From positions 3,456,001 to 3,520,000 of the forward strand of contig OY762492.1 of assembly GCA_963665845.2 (NCBI GenBank): a stretch of DNA of 64,000 nt. Reading direction: 5' to 3'. Positions 40,102 through 51,597 of the stretch are shown piece after piece. Position 1 is the stretch's first letter. Each line of letters begins with the position of its first letter. The notes beneath the pieces were generated by a model. It saw only the letters and a program-made list of their open reading frames with translations, had not been told where the DNA came from and made no database searches. This DNA is from Candidatus Poribacteria bacterium. GTDB lineage: Bacteria > Poribacteria > WGA-4E > GCA-2687025. Position numbers and translations under genes: made by a program.

Positions 40102-40585
40102 GAATGAAAAGAGCGCTAATCAAGGAGAACCGCCGCCCAAAGACGCGCCGATAAAGATCGAGTACATGATCGGCCCCGATGTCGTCGCAGCCGCCTTTGA
40201 CGATACGAACGGCAGGAGGCGTGGAATAGCGGAACAAATCATACAACGGGCGCTCAGCAACCAAAGCGGATGCGTCAGTTTCCAAGTCGTTCAAGAAACC
40301 CTCAACTGGCTTGACAAGAAACAAACGTTGCATCCAAGAGATCGCAACACTTATATGGAGACCGAGCTGATTCCCCTTTGGACGCAAAATCCTGTTTGGC
40401 AGAACCAGCCGACGCTGGACACATATCTGCGCGCTTTACAGATCCAAGACGCATACCAGCTGCATTTCTACGCTGGACTTCTTGTGAGCGGCGTCATCGA
40501 TGCAGGATGCCAAACGCTTTACTCGGGGATGTACGATTCTCGGCAGAAAATCGAGGGAGTGGACATCGTCAACCCGTTCAACTAA
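40088..40585 (+). CDS. degenerate PIN-fold protein; start uncertain (ATT 40088 after GAGGAG, TTG 40055 or ATG 40166)
   Basis: QVVQETL, GCQTLYS and IVNPF retained, but DTN->GPD, FYD->FYA and TED->SGM. Confidence 0.75.
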   Translation: MPNPENEKSANQGEPPPKDAPIKIEYMIGPDVVAAAFDDTNGRRRGIAEQIIQRALSNQSGCVSFQVVQETLNWLDKKQTLHPRDRNTYMETELIPLWTQNPVWQNQPTLDTYLRALQIQDAYQLHFYAGLLVSGVIDAGCQTLYSGMYDSRQKIEGVDIVNPFN

Positions 40586-40758
40586 AGAGGATGGGGCATG
40601 CTTGGTCAGAGCGTCGGCATTCGCAAGCCTCATGTCAATCTTTTCAATCTTGGAAATCCTAGTTCAGACCACAAACGCGGCGCCTAAGATTCCCGCGCGT
40701 TTTACCTCAAGGGAGGAAACGACTTGCGCCGCCGCCCCGAAACATAGACAATGCGCCT

Positions 40759-41892
40759 ATGTCAAAGGCGCGCAGCGAACGCAAACGGCAGGATGAGCAA
40801 TGGATGGCGCGCGCGCTGGAGCTTGCCCAAAGCGCGGCGCGGCGAACCTCCCCCAACCCGATGGTCGGCGCTGTCGTCGTCCAGAACGGGCGCGCTGTCG
40901 GCGAGGGGTTCCATCGAGGCCCTGGACATCCGCACGCCGAAGCGGAAGCGCTGAAACAGGCGCAGGAAAAAGCCGACGGCGCCGCGCTCTATGTGAACCT
41001 AGAACCATGCGCCCATGAAGGGCGAACGCCGCCATGCGCTGATCAGCTGGTCGAATGCGGCGTCGCGCGCGTCGTCTCCGCCATCGAAGACCCTGACGAG
41101 CGGGTGTCGGGGCGCGGACATGCGCGCCTGCGGGCGGCGGGCATACGGGTTGAAATCGGGCTGATGGCGGAAGAAGCGCGCCGCCTCAACGCCCCGTACC
41201 TAAAATGGAAACGGCGCGGCGTCCCGTTCGTCACGCTCAAAATGGCGATGAGCCTAGACGGCAAAACGGCGACCGGGACAGGCGAATCGAAGTGGATCAC
41301 CTCGGAGGCGGCGCGCCTGGACGGCAGGCGTCTGCGCGTCTCGCATGACGCGATACTGATCGGAGTCGGTACCGCCCTCGCGGACGATCCGCATCTCACC
41401 GCCCGCCTCCCCGACAGCGGCGCCGATCAAGACCCGCTCCGCGTTGTCGCGGACACGCATGCGCGCCTCCCGCCGACCGCGCGCATGTTTCAAAACCGCG
41501 GCGGTAAAACGATCCTCGCCGTCGGCGAGACGGCTCCTGTCAGCCGCGTCCGCGCGTTGGAGTCGGCGGGGGCGGAGGTATGGCGCCTGCCGCTTTTGGA
41601 GGGGCGCGTCTGCCTTGAGTCGCTGCTTCGGCGCCTGGGCGAAGCGGGCGCGCTGAGCGTTCTGGCGGAGGGCGGCTCCGCGCTGCATGGAAGCCTCGCG
41701 CGCGGTCGGCTGGCGGACAGGGTCGCCGCTTACATCGCCCCGATCATCATCGGCGGAGAAGGGCTGCCGGCGGTCGGGGACGCCCAGCTCAACCGCCTCT
41801 CCGACGCCCTGCGCATACGCGACTGGACAACGACCCGCATCCCGCCGGACATACGCATCGACGGGTATATTGAAGAAGCGGACAGCGAATAG
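40759..41892 (+). CDS. ribD: riboflavin biosynthesis deaminase/reductase
   Basis: PNPMVG, HAE, NLEPCAH.GRTPPC, SLDGK, SKWIT, DDPHLT, EGG. Confidence 0.96.
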   Translation: MSKARSERKRQDEQWMARALELAQSAARRTSPNPMVGAVVVQNGRAVGEGFHRGPGHPHAEAEALKQAQEKADGAALYVNLEPCAHEGRTPPCADQLVECGVARVVSAIEDPDERVSGRGHARLRAAGIRVEIGLMAEEARRLNAPYLKWKRRGVPFVTLKMAMSLDGKTATGTGESKWITSEAARLDGRRLRVSHDAILIGVGTALADDPHLTARLPDSGADQDPLRVVADTHARLPPTARMFQNRGGKTILAVGETAPVSRVRALESAGAEVWRLPLLEGRVCLESLLRRLGEAGALSVLAEGGSALHGSLARGRLADRVAAYIAPIIIGGEGLPAVGDAQLNRLSDALRIRDWTTTRIPPDIRIDGYIEEADSE

Positions 41893-41930
41893 CGCGGTTG
41901 ACGAACCAGAAAGCGTCCGCGCCACAATTC

Positions 41931-42150
41931 GTCATTCCCGCGCAAGCGGGAATCCAGAGGCGCCGCTGACGACGTCCGCATTCCCCGAAACCGTCATCCT
42001 ACCAAACGTCATTCCCGCGCAAGCGGGAATCCAGAGGCGCCGCAGACGGCATCCGCATTCGACGTCATTCCCGCGCAAGCGGGAATCTTAAGGCATCGCC
42101 GCCGCTCCCGTCCTTTTAAACCCCCCTAACCCCCCTTTCAAGGGGGAATC
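41931..42150. repeat. cluster of three REP palindromes plus CCCCC-TTTCAA-GGGGG hairpin
   Basis: gtcattcccgcgcaagcgggaatc at 41931, 42008 and 42064. Confidence 0.9.
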
Positions 42151-42191
42151 CAGAGGCGCCGCATTCGCCGAAACCGTCATTCTACCCGCTG

Positions 42192-43328
42192 TCATTTCTG
42201 CACAGCGTCTATCAGCCTGTTGATTTCCTCTTCGTTGTTAAAAAGCGCCGCGGAGACGCGAATCCCATCAATCTCCTCCACATACCGTACGCGGATGCGC
42301 TCCTGTTCGTACAGCTCCGCCGCAAGCGTCTCGCCTGAAACGCCCTCGACCGAAAAGGAGGTCATCGCGCATGAATGCTCCCATGCGTCAGGCGTGTGGA
42401 GGCGGACATTCGGCGCCGTTTTCAGCCCCTCTTTCAGCATGCCGGTCAACGCGCGCATACGGCGCCATGCGTTCTCAAAACCGACCTGATCCCACCATTC
42501 AAACAGCGGCTCAAAGCCCGCATAACGCCCGCAGCCGCGCGTTCCGCATTCAAACCGCCGCGCGGAGCGGTCCAGCGTCAGTCTGTCCGCCGCCTCGTCG
42601 TAAATGCCCGAACCCATGCCCACCTGCGTCGGCGTCAGCGCGTCCATCAGCGCGGGGCGTATGCGCAGATAGCCCGTGCCTTTCGGTCCGAGTAGCCACT
42701 TATGCCCGTTGCCCGCGTAGATGTCCGCTTCCTCCGCCGCCTCCTGTATCGGCATTTGCCCCGCCGCCTGCGCGCCGTCGATGAGCGACAGGACGCCGCG
42801 CTCTCGACAGCGGCGCGCCATCTCGGCGGCGGGCGCCCGCTTGCCCGTGACGCAGCTGACATGGCTGAACGCCGCGAGGCGCGTTTTAGGGGTAAAGGCG
42901 GCTTCGAGAGCGTCCAGCGTTTCTTCAGGCGTGTTGCCAAAACGAAAACGGCGGACCGACACGGCGTTTTCTCCCGCGGAACGCTGCGCCAAAAACGCCC
43001 ATGGAAACAGCAGCGCCGCATGTTCCTCGTCCGAGATCAGTACCTCTCCGCCGCCGCTCCAGTCAAGCCCATGGGCGGCGGCGTTGATGCCTTCGGTGGC
43101 GTTGCGCGTGAAGGCGACCTCGTCCGCGGAGACGCCCAAAAACGCCGCCAGACGCGCCCGCCCCCGTTCAAGCCGTTCAAGAGAGGCGGTCCACTCCACC
43201 TCTCCGCCCAGTTCAAACGCGCGGACGGACTCCTCCGTCTTCTCGGCGACCGACAGCGGACACAGCCCCGCCGCGCCTACGTTTAAATACGCGCACCGTT
43301 CTAACAGCGGAAACTCGCCCCGTATCAC
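42192..43328 (-). CDS. class V PLP-dependent aminotransferase-fold enzyme
   Basis: YLN, FTRNATEG, SHV, DGAQ, GHKWLLGPKGTG, FECGT. Confidence 0.9.
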   Translation of the reverse strand: MIRGEFPLLERCAYLNVGAAGLCPLSVAEKTEESVRAFELGGEVEWTASLERLERGRARLAAFLGVSADEVAFTRNATEGINAAAHGLDWSGGGEVLISDEEHAALLFPWAFLAQRSAGENAVSVRRFRFGNTPEETLDALEAAFTPKTRLAAFSHVSCVTGKRAPAAEMARRCRERGVLSLIDGAQAAGQMPIQEAAEEADIYAGNGHKWLLGPKGTGYLRIRPALMDALTPTQVGMGSGIYDEAADRLTLDRSARRFECGTRGCGRYAGFEPLFEWWDQVGFENAWRRMRALTGMLKEGLKTAPNVRLHTPDAWEHSCAMTSFSVEGVSGETLAAELYEQERIRVRYVEEIDGIRVSAALFNNEEEINRLIDAVQK

Positions 43329-44134
43329 AACGCCACAATACGGCGCATGCGCCGCGCCGTTTCGATATGGTCGTCCCGCGATCCGCCCACCTCATGGATA
43401 ACAGGCGCGGAATACCCTGCGGCGCGCAGCTCCGCCATGACGCCCGCCCAGTCGGTGTCGCCGTCCATGAGGCGGGTCCAGGCGTGCGGTCCGCGCTTGA
43501 AGTCCTTGAAATGAACCCGCTTGATGCGCGTCCCAAGCGCCCGTATCCACTGCTCCGTATAGCCGTATGCCATCATGTTGGCGGTGTCCAGATAGGCGCC
43601 GATCCATTCGCTGCCGACCTGGTCGATGAGTTGGCGCATTTCGCGCGGGCTGAGCAGAAACTTGTTCCACACGTTTTCAACGCCGACGGCGCATTGCCGC
43701 TTTTCCGCGATGGGAGCCAGCTCCTTGAGGCTGCCGCAGAGCGCGTTCCAAGCGTCGTCGTAGGTTCCTTCTTGGGGGAGGGCGCCGGGGTGAAGCAGCG
43801 TCGCGCCGGCGCCGAGAGCCTCCGCGATTTCGCATGACCTCTGGACGCGCAGAATGCCGTGTTCGCGCTGGTCGGGGTCGGTTGAAAGCAGGTTTCCGCC
43901 GCCCCCTTTCGGCGAGGCGGAGATGACGCTGGCGATCTCAACGCCGGCGTCGGCGCACCGCCGGGCAACGTCCGCCAGTTCGCTGTCGGTCATGTTCGGA
44001 TGGAGGTCTTTGCCGTCGCGGAAAGTCAGCTCGACCGCTTCGTACCCCGCTTCTTCGCACAGGTTGAGCGTTTCGTCCAGGGTGGCGGCGCCGAGTATGA
44101 TCTGTGTGATGCCGATTTTATTCGTTGTTGTCAT
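43325..44134 (-). CDS. sugar phosphate isomerase/epimerase (hexulose-6-phosphate isomerase-like)
   Basis: GYEAVEL, ENVWNKFLLSP, DTAN, HFKDF, GDTDW. Confidence 0.88.
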   Translation of the reverse strand: MTTTNKIGITQIILGAATLDETLNLCEEAGYEAVELTFRDGKDLHPNMTDSELADVARRCADAGVEIASVISASPKGGGGNLLSTDPDQREHGILRVQRSCEIAEALGAGATLLHPGALPQEGTYDDAWNALCGSLKELAPIAEKRQCAVGVENVWNKFLLSPREMRQLIDQVGSEWIGAYLDTANMMAYGYTEQWIRALGTRIKRVHFKDFKRGPHAWTRLMDGDTDWAGVMAELRAAGYSAPVIHEVGGSRDDHIETARRMRRIVAL

Positions 44135-44328
44135 GGCGGCTCCTTTTTCTTGGATTAAATGTAAGCCGATCGGGCGCGCAGGTCAAGCGCCCATGGTTAT
44201 CGTCATGACGCGGCGGAGATTTGTTGCGCTCAAAATATTGCGGCGCGGCAAAGCCTATGCTATGGTTTCGGACGTTGGCAGCAAGCGTTCAGGTACTCGG
44301 CGGAAACACCGCCAGAGAGGCGTTGACG

Positions 44329-45426
44329 ATGCGATTCACTGCGGCTTTCCAGACAGCCGTTTTGGCCGTCGCGCTGCTGTCGGCTTATTCCGCGGCGGCG
44401 CAGCTGCCGTCGCCCAAAGAGAATGTGCTGCGGCTTGAGAGGCCGACGATCGTTTACAAAGCCAACGAGGCATACGAGCTGCGCCTCATCGACTGGGACG
44501 GACAGAACGACAGGTTGTGGATGACCGACTCGCGCAAGCGAATGCGCTTTCTAGCAGGCGTCGAATGGTCGCCGGACGGCAGGCGCGCGGCCATTGCCGG
44601 ATTTTACGGAGGAGGAAATTACGCGGTCAATGTTCTCAACCTGTCCACAAACCAAGTCGATATTGTGACGAAGCCTTTTGAAGGCAAGATCGTCCTCAAC
44701 TCCCCTGCATGGTCTAGAGACGGCCGTTCGCTGCTTCTTGCAGGCTTTCCGTTGCCTCCAGGAGGTTTCTGGTCAGATATTTACAAGCTGGATCTATCGT
44801 CGGGGCGTCTGAAAAATCTGACAAACGCGCGCGACAACCTCAATCAATTTCCTTCATGGTCGCCTGTTGAGGATAAGATTTTGTTTCGCTCGAAGATCCC
44901 TGGTGAGGACAACCATGACATCTATGTGATGAACGCGGACGGCAGCGGCGCCGTTCGCTTCGTTGATCCGAGTTATGAGAATGCTCCCGCATGGTCTCCC
45001 GATGGCAAGCGGATCGCGTGGTCGTCCACCCGCGGCTCCAAATTTCCCGACTACAACATCTTTGTGATGAACGCGGACGGTTCGAACAAGGAGCCGCTGA
45101 CAACCAGCCCGAACTATGATTACGCTCCGAGGTGGTCGCCGTGCGGAAAATGGCTCGTCTATTGTTCAAGAGAATGGGTTGACGGCGCCGTATGGAATGT
45201 GTACCGCGTTCATGTGGAGACAAAGGAGGTTGTTCAGCTGACGGTCAATGGGGGGCGCGACCCGCGGTGGGTCTTGGCGGGCAAGAGCCGCTTCCTCTCT
45301 GTCGACCCAGCGGATAAAAAAAAGGCGCCATGGGGCAAGATAAAAGAAGCGGAGGCTCAAGATTCCCGCGCGCTTTACCGCAAGGGCGGGAATGACGGTC
45401 TGGCTTGCGAAGCCTTTTTTCCATGA
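44329..45426 (+). CDS. secreted TolB-like/PD40 beta-propeller protein
   Basis: signal peptide, WSPDG repeats, DIYVMNADG; C-terminal LSVDPADKKKAPWGKIK motif. Confidence 0.85.
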   Translation: MRFTAAFQTAVLAVALLSAYSAAAQLPSPKENVLRLERPTIVYKANEAYELRLIDWDGQNDRLWMTDSRKRMRFLAGVEWSPDGRRAAIAGFYGGGNYAVNVLNLSTNQVDIVTKPFEGKIVLNSPAWSRDGRSLLLAGFPLPPGGFWSDIYKLDLSSGRLKNLTNARDNLNQFPSWSPVEDKILFRSKIPGEDNHDIYVMNADGSGAVRFVDPSYENAPAWSPDGKRIAWSSTRGSKFPDYNIFVMNADGSNKEPLTTSPNYDYAPRWSPCGKWLVYCSREWVDGAVWNVYRVHVETKEVVQLTVNGGRDPRWVLAGKSRFLSVDPADKKKAPWGKIKEAEAQDSRALYRKGGNDGLACEAFFP

Positions 45427-45558
45427 ATAAAGGCTTTGTTCGATCAATGCCCCCACTTTCTGCCTAGTTCAGACAAACCCTGTATGCGCGAACATACGCA
45501 ATTTCGCGTTACGAACGCTGCGGGCGCAAGCCTAGACCGCCTGCGCCCGCAGCGTAGA

Positions 45559-47793
45559 TCAACCGCGAAGGATGTATTCTTTCCCCGCCTCCGTCTCAAT
45601 TGCGACGAGTCCGTCCTCGTCCGCCGGCGCTGCGGCGCCGTTCACTTCCAGCGGTGACGCCGAACGAACGCGGCATGCGTTGCCGAGAATGGACAGAAGG
45701 CGCGCCTCCTTCAGCCCGCCGTTTTCCCACTCGATATCGACCTCAAAACCGCCGCGCGCCCGCAGACCCTTCACCCACCCGCTTTGCCAGGCAGACGGCA
45801 GCGCCGGCAGCAGCGCGATCTCGCCCGCGTGGCTCTGAAGCAGCATCTCCACAACGCCCGACGCGCCGCCGAAGTTGCCGTCGATCTGAAACGGCGGATG
45901 CGCGTCAAACATGTTTGGATAGGTGCCGGTCGCAATGAGGCTCTCCAGCATGAGATATGCATGGTCGCCGTCCTCAAACCGCGCCCAGAAGTTCACTTTC
46001 CACGCCTTGCTCCAGCCGGTGCCGCCGTCCCCGCGTATGAGCAGCGACTGCTTCGCCGCGTCGCACATGTCGGGCGTTCCGCGCGGCGCGATCTCGCTGC
46101 CCGGATGCAGCCCCCACAGGTGCGACACATGGCGGTGCCGTTCGTTCGGGTTGTCCTTGTCCTCAAGCCACTCTTGAAGCTGCCCCAGCCGTCCGATCTG
46201 GTTCGGCGCGATGCGCTCATGCATCTCCTGGAGCCGCGCGCGGAAGTCGGCGTCCACATCCAGGATCGCGCTCGCCTTCGCGCACGAGTCGAACAGGGCG
46301 CGGATGATCTGATGATCCATCGTCGGGCCGGCGACCAGCCCGCCCAGCTCGGGCGAGTTGGACGGCGTACTGATGAGCCAGCCTGTCTTCGGGTCTTCGA
46401 TGAGAAAATCGACAAAAAACTGCGCCGCGCCTTTCATGAGCGGATAGGCGCGTTCCGCCAAGAACGCCTTGTCTTCGGTGAACAGATACCGCTCCCAAAG
46501 ATGCTGGCACAGCCACGCGCCGCCCGTAACCCAGATGCCATGGTTGGAGGCGTTGATCGGCGCGGCGCCGCGCCACATGTCGGTGTTGTGATGGAGAACC
46601 CATCCGCGGCAGCCGTAATGTTTCTGCGCCGTTCGGACGCCCGTTTGCGCGACATCGGCGATCATGTCGAACAGCGGCTCGTGGCATTCGGACAGGTTTG
46701 CCGCTTCCGCCGGCCAGTAGTTCATTTCGATGTTGATGTTGACCGTATACTTGCTGCCCCAGGGCGGATTCTGGCTCTCGTTCCAGATGCCTTGCAGGTT
46801 GAGCGTCTGCGTTCCAGGGCGCGAGCCGCTGATCATGAGATAACGCCCGAATTGAAAGTACGCCGCCGCCAATTCAGGATCGTTGTTGTCGGCGAACGCT
46901 TTGATGCGTACGTCGGTCGGCCGGTCAGGGTCGTCCGAGTCGCCGAGGTGAATCTGAACGCGGTTGAACAGCGCCTGATAATCGTCGATATGCTCTTTTT
47001 TGGCGGAATCGTAGTCGGTCTCAAGGGCGAGGGCGGCGCGTTCGGCGCACAGCGCGGCTGGGTCGGCGTCGGCGGTTTGGAAGTCGCGCGCGCTGGACGC
47101 TCCCGTCAAAATGAGCGTCGCCGACTCCGCTTCTTCGACCTGTATATGCGCGGTTCCGTCCGCGATGCTGACGCTTCCGCCTTCTGTCTGAATGTGAAGC
47201 CGCGCCTCAAACTGCGTGACCCCGCGCTCCACCTTGCCGCGCATGACCAGCGCCTCGTCCGACAGCGGTTCCGTTTCAAACCCGCTGTGGGGCGACACCA
47301 GACGCGCCGCGAAGGAGATGGGCTTTCCTCCCCCCTGAATGCGAAGAAAAATCGCTTGGCGCGGCGCGCTCGCAAACATCTCCCGCGTCCATTCGATGCC
47401 GTTTTCGTCTGTGTATTGAACGGAGGCGATCGCGCTGCCGATGTCCAGCTCGCGCCTGTAGTTTTGAAACTCGCCGCCGCCTTCAAATTCTAGGAGCAGG
47501 TCGCCGAACGGCTGGTACGATTCTTGCCCCAGCGGTATGCTCATGAATTCGCGCGCGGCAAGCTCTTCCGCTTCACGCTGTTTGCCGTCGAACAGCAGCC
47601 GGCGTATCTCGCCGAGATGCTGCGCGGCTCCTTCATGGGCGTAATCGTGCGGTTGCCCCGACCAGATCGTGTCCTCGTTGAATTGTATGCGTTCCGCGTC
47701 CGTTTTGCCGAAGATCATGGCTCCGAAGCGCCCGTTTCCGATCGGATGCGCTTCGACCCACTGCTCAGCCGGCTTGTCATGGTAAAGTTTCAT
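45559..47793 (-). CDS. glycoside hydrolase family 95 (alpha-L-fucosidase-like)
   Basis: [62 protein letters not shown]. Confidence 0.96.
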   Translation of the reverse strand: MKLYHDKPAEQWVEAHPIGNGRFGAMIFGKTDAERIQFNEDTIWSGQPHDYAHEGAAQHLGEIRRLLFDGKQREAEELAAREFMSIPLGQESYQPFGDLLLEFEGGGEFQNYRRELDIGSAIASVQYTDENGIEWTREMFASAPRQAIFLRIQGGGKPISFAARLVSPHSGFETEPLSDEALVMRGKVERGVTQFEARLHIQTEGGSVSIADGTAHIQVEEAESATLILTGASSARDFQTADADPAALCAERAALALETDYDSAKKEHIDDYQALFNRVQIHLGDSDDPDRPTDVRIKAFADNNDPELAAAYFQFGRYLMISGSRPGTQTLNLQGIWNESQNPPWGSKYTVNINIEMNYWPAEAANLSECHEPLFDMIADVAQTGVRTAQKHYGCRGWVLHHNTDMWRGAAPINASNHGIWVTGGAWLCQHLWERYLFTEDKAFLAERAYPLMKGAAQFFVDFLIEDPKTGWLISTPSNSPELGGLVAGPTMDHQIIRALFDSCAKASAILDVDADFRARLQEMHERIAPNQIGRLGQLQEWLEDKDNPNERHRHVSHLWGLHPGSEIAPRGTPDMCDAAKQSLLIRGDGGTGWSKAWKVNFWARFEDGDHAYLMLESLIATGTYPNMFDAHPPFQIDGNFGGASGVVEMLLQSHAGEIALLPALPSAWQSGWVKGLRARGGFEVDIEWENGGLKEARLLSILGNACRVRSASPLEVNGAAAPADEDGLVAIETEAGKEYILRG

Positions 47794-47865
47794 CGGCGCC
47801 CCGTTCTGTTGTTTTGTCCATGTTATACCATGCCTGCGCCCGCCCGTCTTTATTCTCTTCCGCCG

Positions 47866-48015
47866 GGCAGTTTCTATAGGCGATGATGTACGAAAATCCT
47901 GTTTGTGTCGCGCTACTCGTCATTCTACGCGCGGCTAAAATCCCCCCAGCCCCCTTTTCAAGGGGGGAGTCTAGAAATCCCGCGCCCTACCCGTTGTCAT
48001 CGGACGGCCGTCATT
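47866..48015. repeat. IS1-type MITE end, hairpin repeat and left half of the REP interrupted by IS110
   Basis: ggcagtttctataggcgatga; cccccttttcaagggggg; ends ..ccgtcatt. Confidence 0.75.
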
Positions 48016-48028
48016 TGTATGATGATCT

Positions 48029-49441
<1,413 letters not shown>

Positions 49442-49558
49442 AAACCCTTTCCGAGAGACAGCTGCGGCGGCTCCTTCGGCTCTTGCCGAAAAATATCCGC
49501 CGCGGCGACTTTCGGGACAACAGAAAGTGCGAAATGGTTGACTTTGAACACAGATACT

Positions 49559-49642
49559 CCCGTGTAAGCGGGAATCCAGAGGCATCGGGGATGACGTCCG
49601 CGTTCCCATGCCGACATGTCCCAACTTAAGACGTAAGGTCAG
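49559..49642. repeat. right half of the interrupted REP and CTGACC-family MITE end
   Basis: cccgtgtaagcgggaatccagagg..atgtcccaacttaagacgtaaggtcag. Confidence 0.8.
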
Positions 49643-49661
49643 GAACGATCCGCAGACGAAC

Positions 49662-51473
49662 TTACCAAGCCGATGTGCTATCGTTGCGAAACTTCAGAGG
49701 GTGAACGTCTCTCGGATGACCTATTTTCTGTTTTGTCACCTGATAAGGCTCCCATGTGAATAGGTTCCCGTACGACATGGCAATATCCTGCGCGAGCCGA
49801 ATCTCTTCCTCGGTCGCGCCGCCGTCCGTCAGAGCCGCCTGCCATTCCTTGACCGCAATCAGCTGGTCGAAAGCTCCCTCCGCCCTCTCTTCTCTGCCGA
49901 GCCGAACCAGATCATAATAGATATGTTCAATGTCCATAGCGATGGACATGCTCTCGGCGATTTTATGTACCGCAATCTCATAGACCGCCGTCTCCACATC
50001 CATGCTCGACTCTTCGCCTTCCATGAAGATCGGAATGCGGTATTTCTCATCCACAAACGACCAGTAATCCGGCTTCGGAACGGCGCGGCGCTCATCTTGG
50101 GCAGCGAGGACCGCCTCTGCCGCGGCAATCTTTTCAGCGTCGTCGGCGTTCTCGTCCACTAAAACCGTCTGCCAATTTTGGACTGCATCCCGCCATTTAA
50201 GAACAGGCTCCGATTCAAAGACAGCGATGTTAGCGGGCAGCGCTCTGAACGCTTTTCGGAATCCCTCGGCGCTTTTGTACGGCTCATAGCTGAGGATATT
50301 GCTATAGGGGCGCATGTCGAACCGCCTCCACACCGCGACGCCCGCCCGCGCCGCTTCAAGCGCGGCTGTAGCGGGGTCTAGACGCCAGTCCGCTTCGCGC
50401 TTGTTTTTGCTCATCCCAATGAAAGCGGGCGGAGACGGCAGCCATGCTGGGTTCAGCGCCTCAATGCATGCGTTTGCAAACGCCTCATACGCCGCGTAAC
50501 GCGCTTTCCAAACGGACGCTTGAAATGGGCGCAGTTCTCCTCCTCCGCTCCTGAGAAATTCCGCGTATGCGTCTTCCGCTTCAAGCCTTTTTTCAGCGGC
50601 TATGAGCCACGTTTGAACGGCGGCGCGCGCCGCTTCATGGCGGGCGGTACGTTCAGGCGTCCATTCTGAAAGGTCGGCGGGTCTGGCAAGCTTCTGGGAA
50701 ATCTTCTTCGCCCGATAGACAGCCTGCCAGGCTCTCATGACGCCTTCCTCCGCGTTCGGAAACTCCGGCGGAGACAGCTTTCCTCTCACGGTAACAAGCT
50801 CTTTGACGAACGCCGCGCAGGACTGTATCTTGTCTCGCTTTGCCGTTGACAAAGGTACGCCGCTCTTGAGCGCGCCCAGCCATGCTTGTTCAATCGCCGT
50901 CTTCTTTTCAAACATGCGCAGCGACGCCGCATGATTCTTCACGAGATCGCGATGGTCGCCCAGCCGATCGTCTGTCCCCCGCAAATAGTCCAGCAGGAAT
51001 TGATCCCGTTTCAAACGCTCCTCGGCGCAGTGGATATACAAGCCCCGTATGCCGTCGGCGGCAAGCGCCTCATTGACAGCAGTTTTTTGAGGCATGATTA
51101 AAATGGGCGGACCATGCATATCGTCTGGCGTCGGATCGCGAAAATAGGCGACGCCGCCGTTTGCGGCAATGAGACGCTCTATGTCGTCCGTGTTCTGAAT
51201 CGAATGGCCGATCAGGTCCGTAATGACCGCTATATCCGCTACGACGCCGAGACCTGGGATGGATCGGATATACCCTTTCCGGTAGTTGAGCGCGACTTCT
51301 CTAGAGCCGAAACTTACCTGACCTCGGCGCAAACGGCGATCCTCCGCCTCCATGCTTGCGGCAGCTGCATGCTCAGTCGCGGGAGGGGGCTGCTGCGTAT
51401 AACATCCCGCTATCGCCAAGAGAGCCGAAGCAATGAGCGCGTTCAACAAGCGCGGCATCTTTCCTAACCTCAA
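49662..51473 (-). CDS. hypothetical lipoprotein
   Basis: about 600-aa ORF, lipobox-like LAIAGC, mostly helical; no family recognised; start may be ATG 51458. Confidence 0.65.
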   Translation of the reverse strand: MRLGKMPRLLNALIASALLAIAGCYTQQPPPATEHAAAASMEAEDRRLRRGQVSFGSREVALNYRKGYIRSIPGLGVVADIAVITDLIGHSIQNTDDIERLIAANGGVAYFRDPTPDDMHGPPILIMPQKTAVNEALAADGIRGLYIHCAEERLKRDQFLLDYLRGTDDRLGDHRDLVKNHAASLRMFEKKTAIEQAWLGALKSGVPLSTAKRDKIQSCAAFVKELVTVRGKLSPPEFPNAEEGVMRAWQAVYRAKKISQKLARPADLSEWTPERTARHEAARAAVQTWLIAAEKRLEAEDAYAEFLRSGGGELRPFQASVWKARYAAYEAFANACIEALNPAWLPSPPAFIGMSKNKREADWRLDPATAALEAARAGVAVWRRFDMRPYSNILSYEPYKSAEGFRKAFRALPANIAVFESEPVLKWRDAVQNWQTVLVDENADDAEKIAAAEAVLAAQDERRAVPKPDYWSFVDEKYRIPIFMEGEESSMDVETAVYEIAVHKIAESMSIAMDIEHIYYDLVRLGREERAEGAFDQLIAVKEWQAALTDGGATEEEIRLAQDIAMSYGNLFTWEPYQVTKQKIGHPRDVHPLKFRNDSTSAW

Positions 51474-51597
51474 AGGCGCGGGGCAGGCGGTAAAAACGTT
51501 CCAAGAGGAGCCACATCACTATGCCCTTTGTTACATGTTCATCCAACAAACGCATTATGGCATAGGCATTTGAGAAACGCAACCTTCTTCACGGCAG

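Noticed and set aside
40586-40758. FMN riboswitch upstream of ribD
   Set aside because: No RFN consensus seen; the region holds a REP remnant and a possible promoter just before the ATG.
41931-42090. Three copies of gtcattcccgcgcaagcgggaatc resembling a type I-E CRISPR array
   Set aside because: Periods are unequal (77 and 56 bp), the 'spacers' resemble each other, the motif is dispersed across the window, and no cas genes are present; these are REP-like repeats.
45784-47493. 569-aa plus-strand ORF
   Set aside because: Antisense shadow of the GH95 gene in GC-rich DNA.
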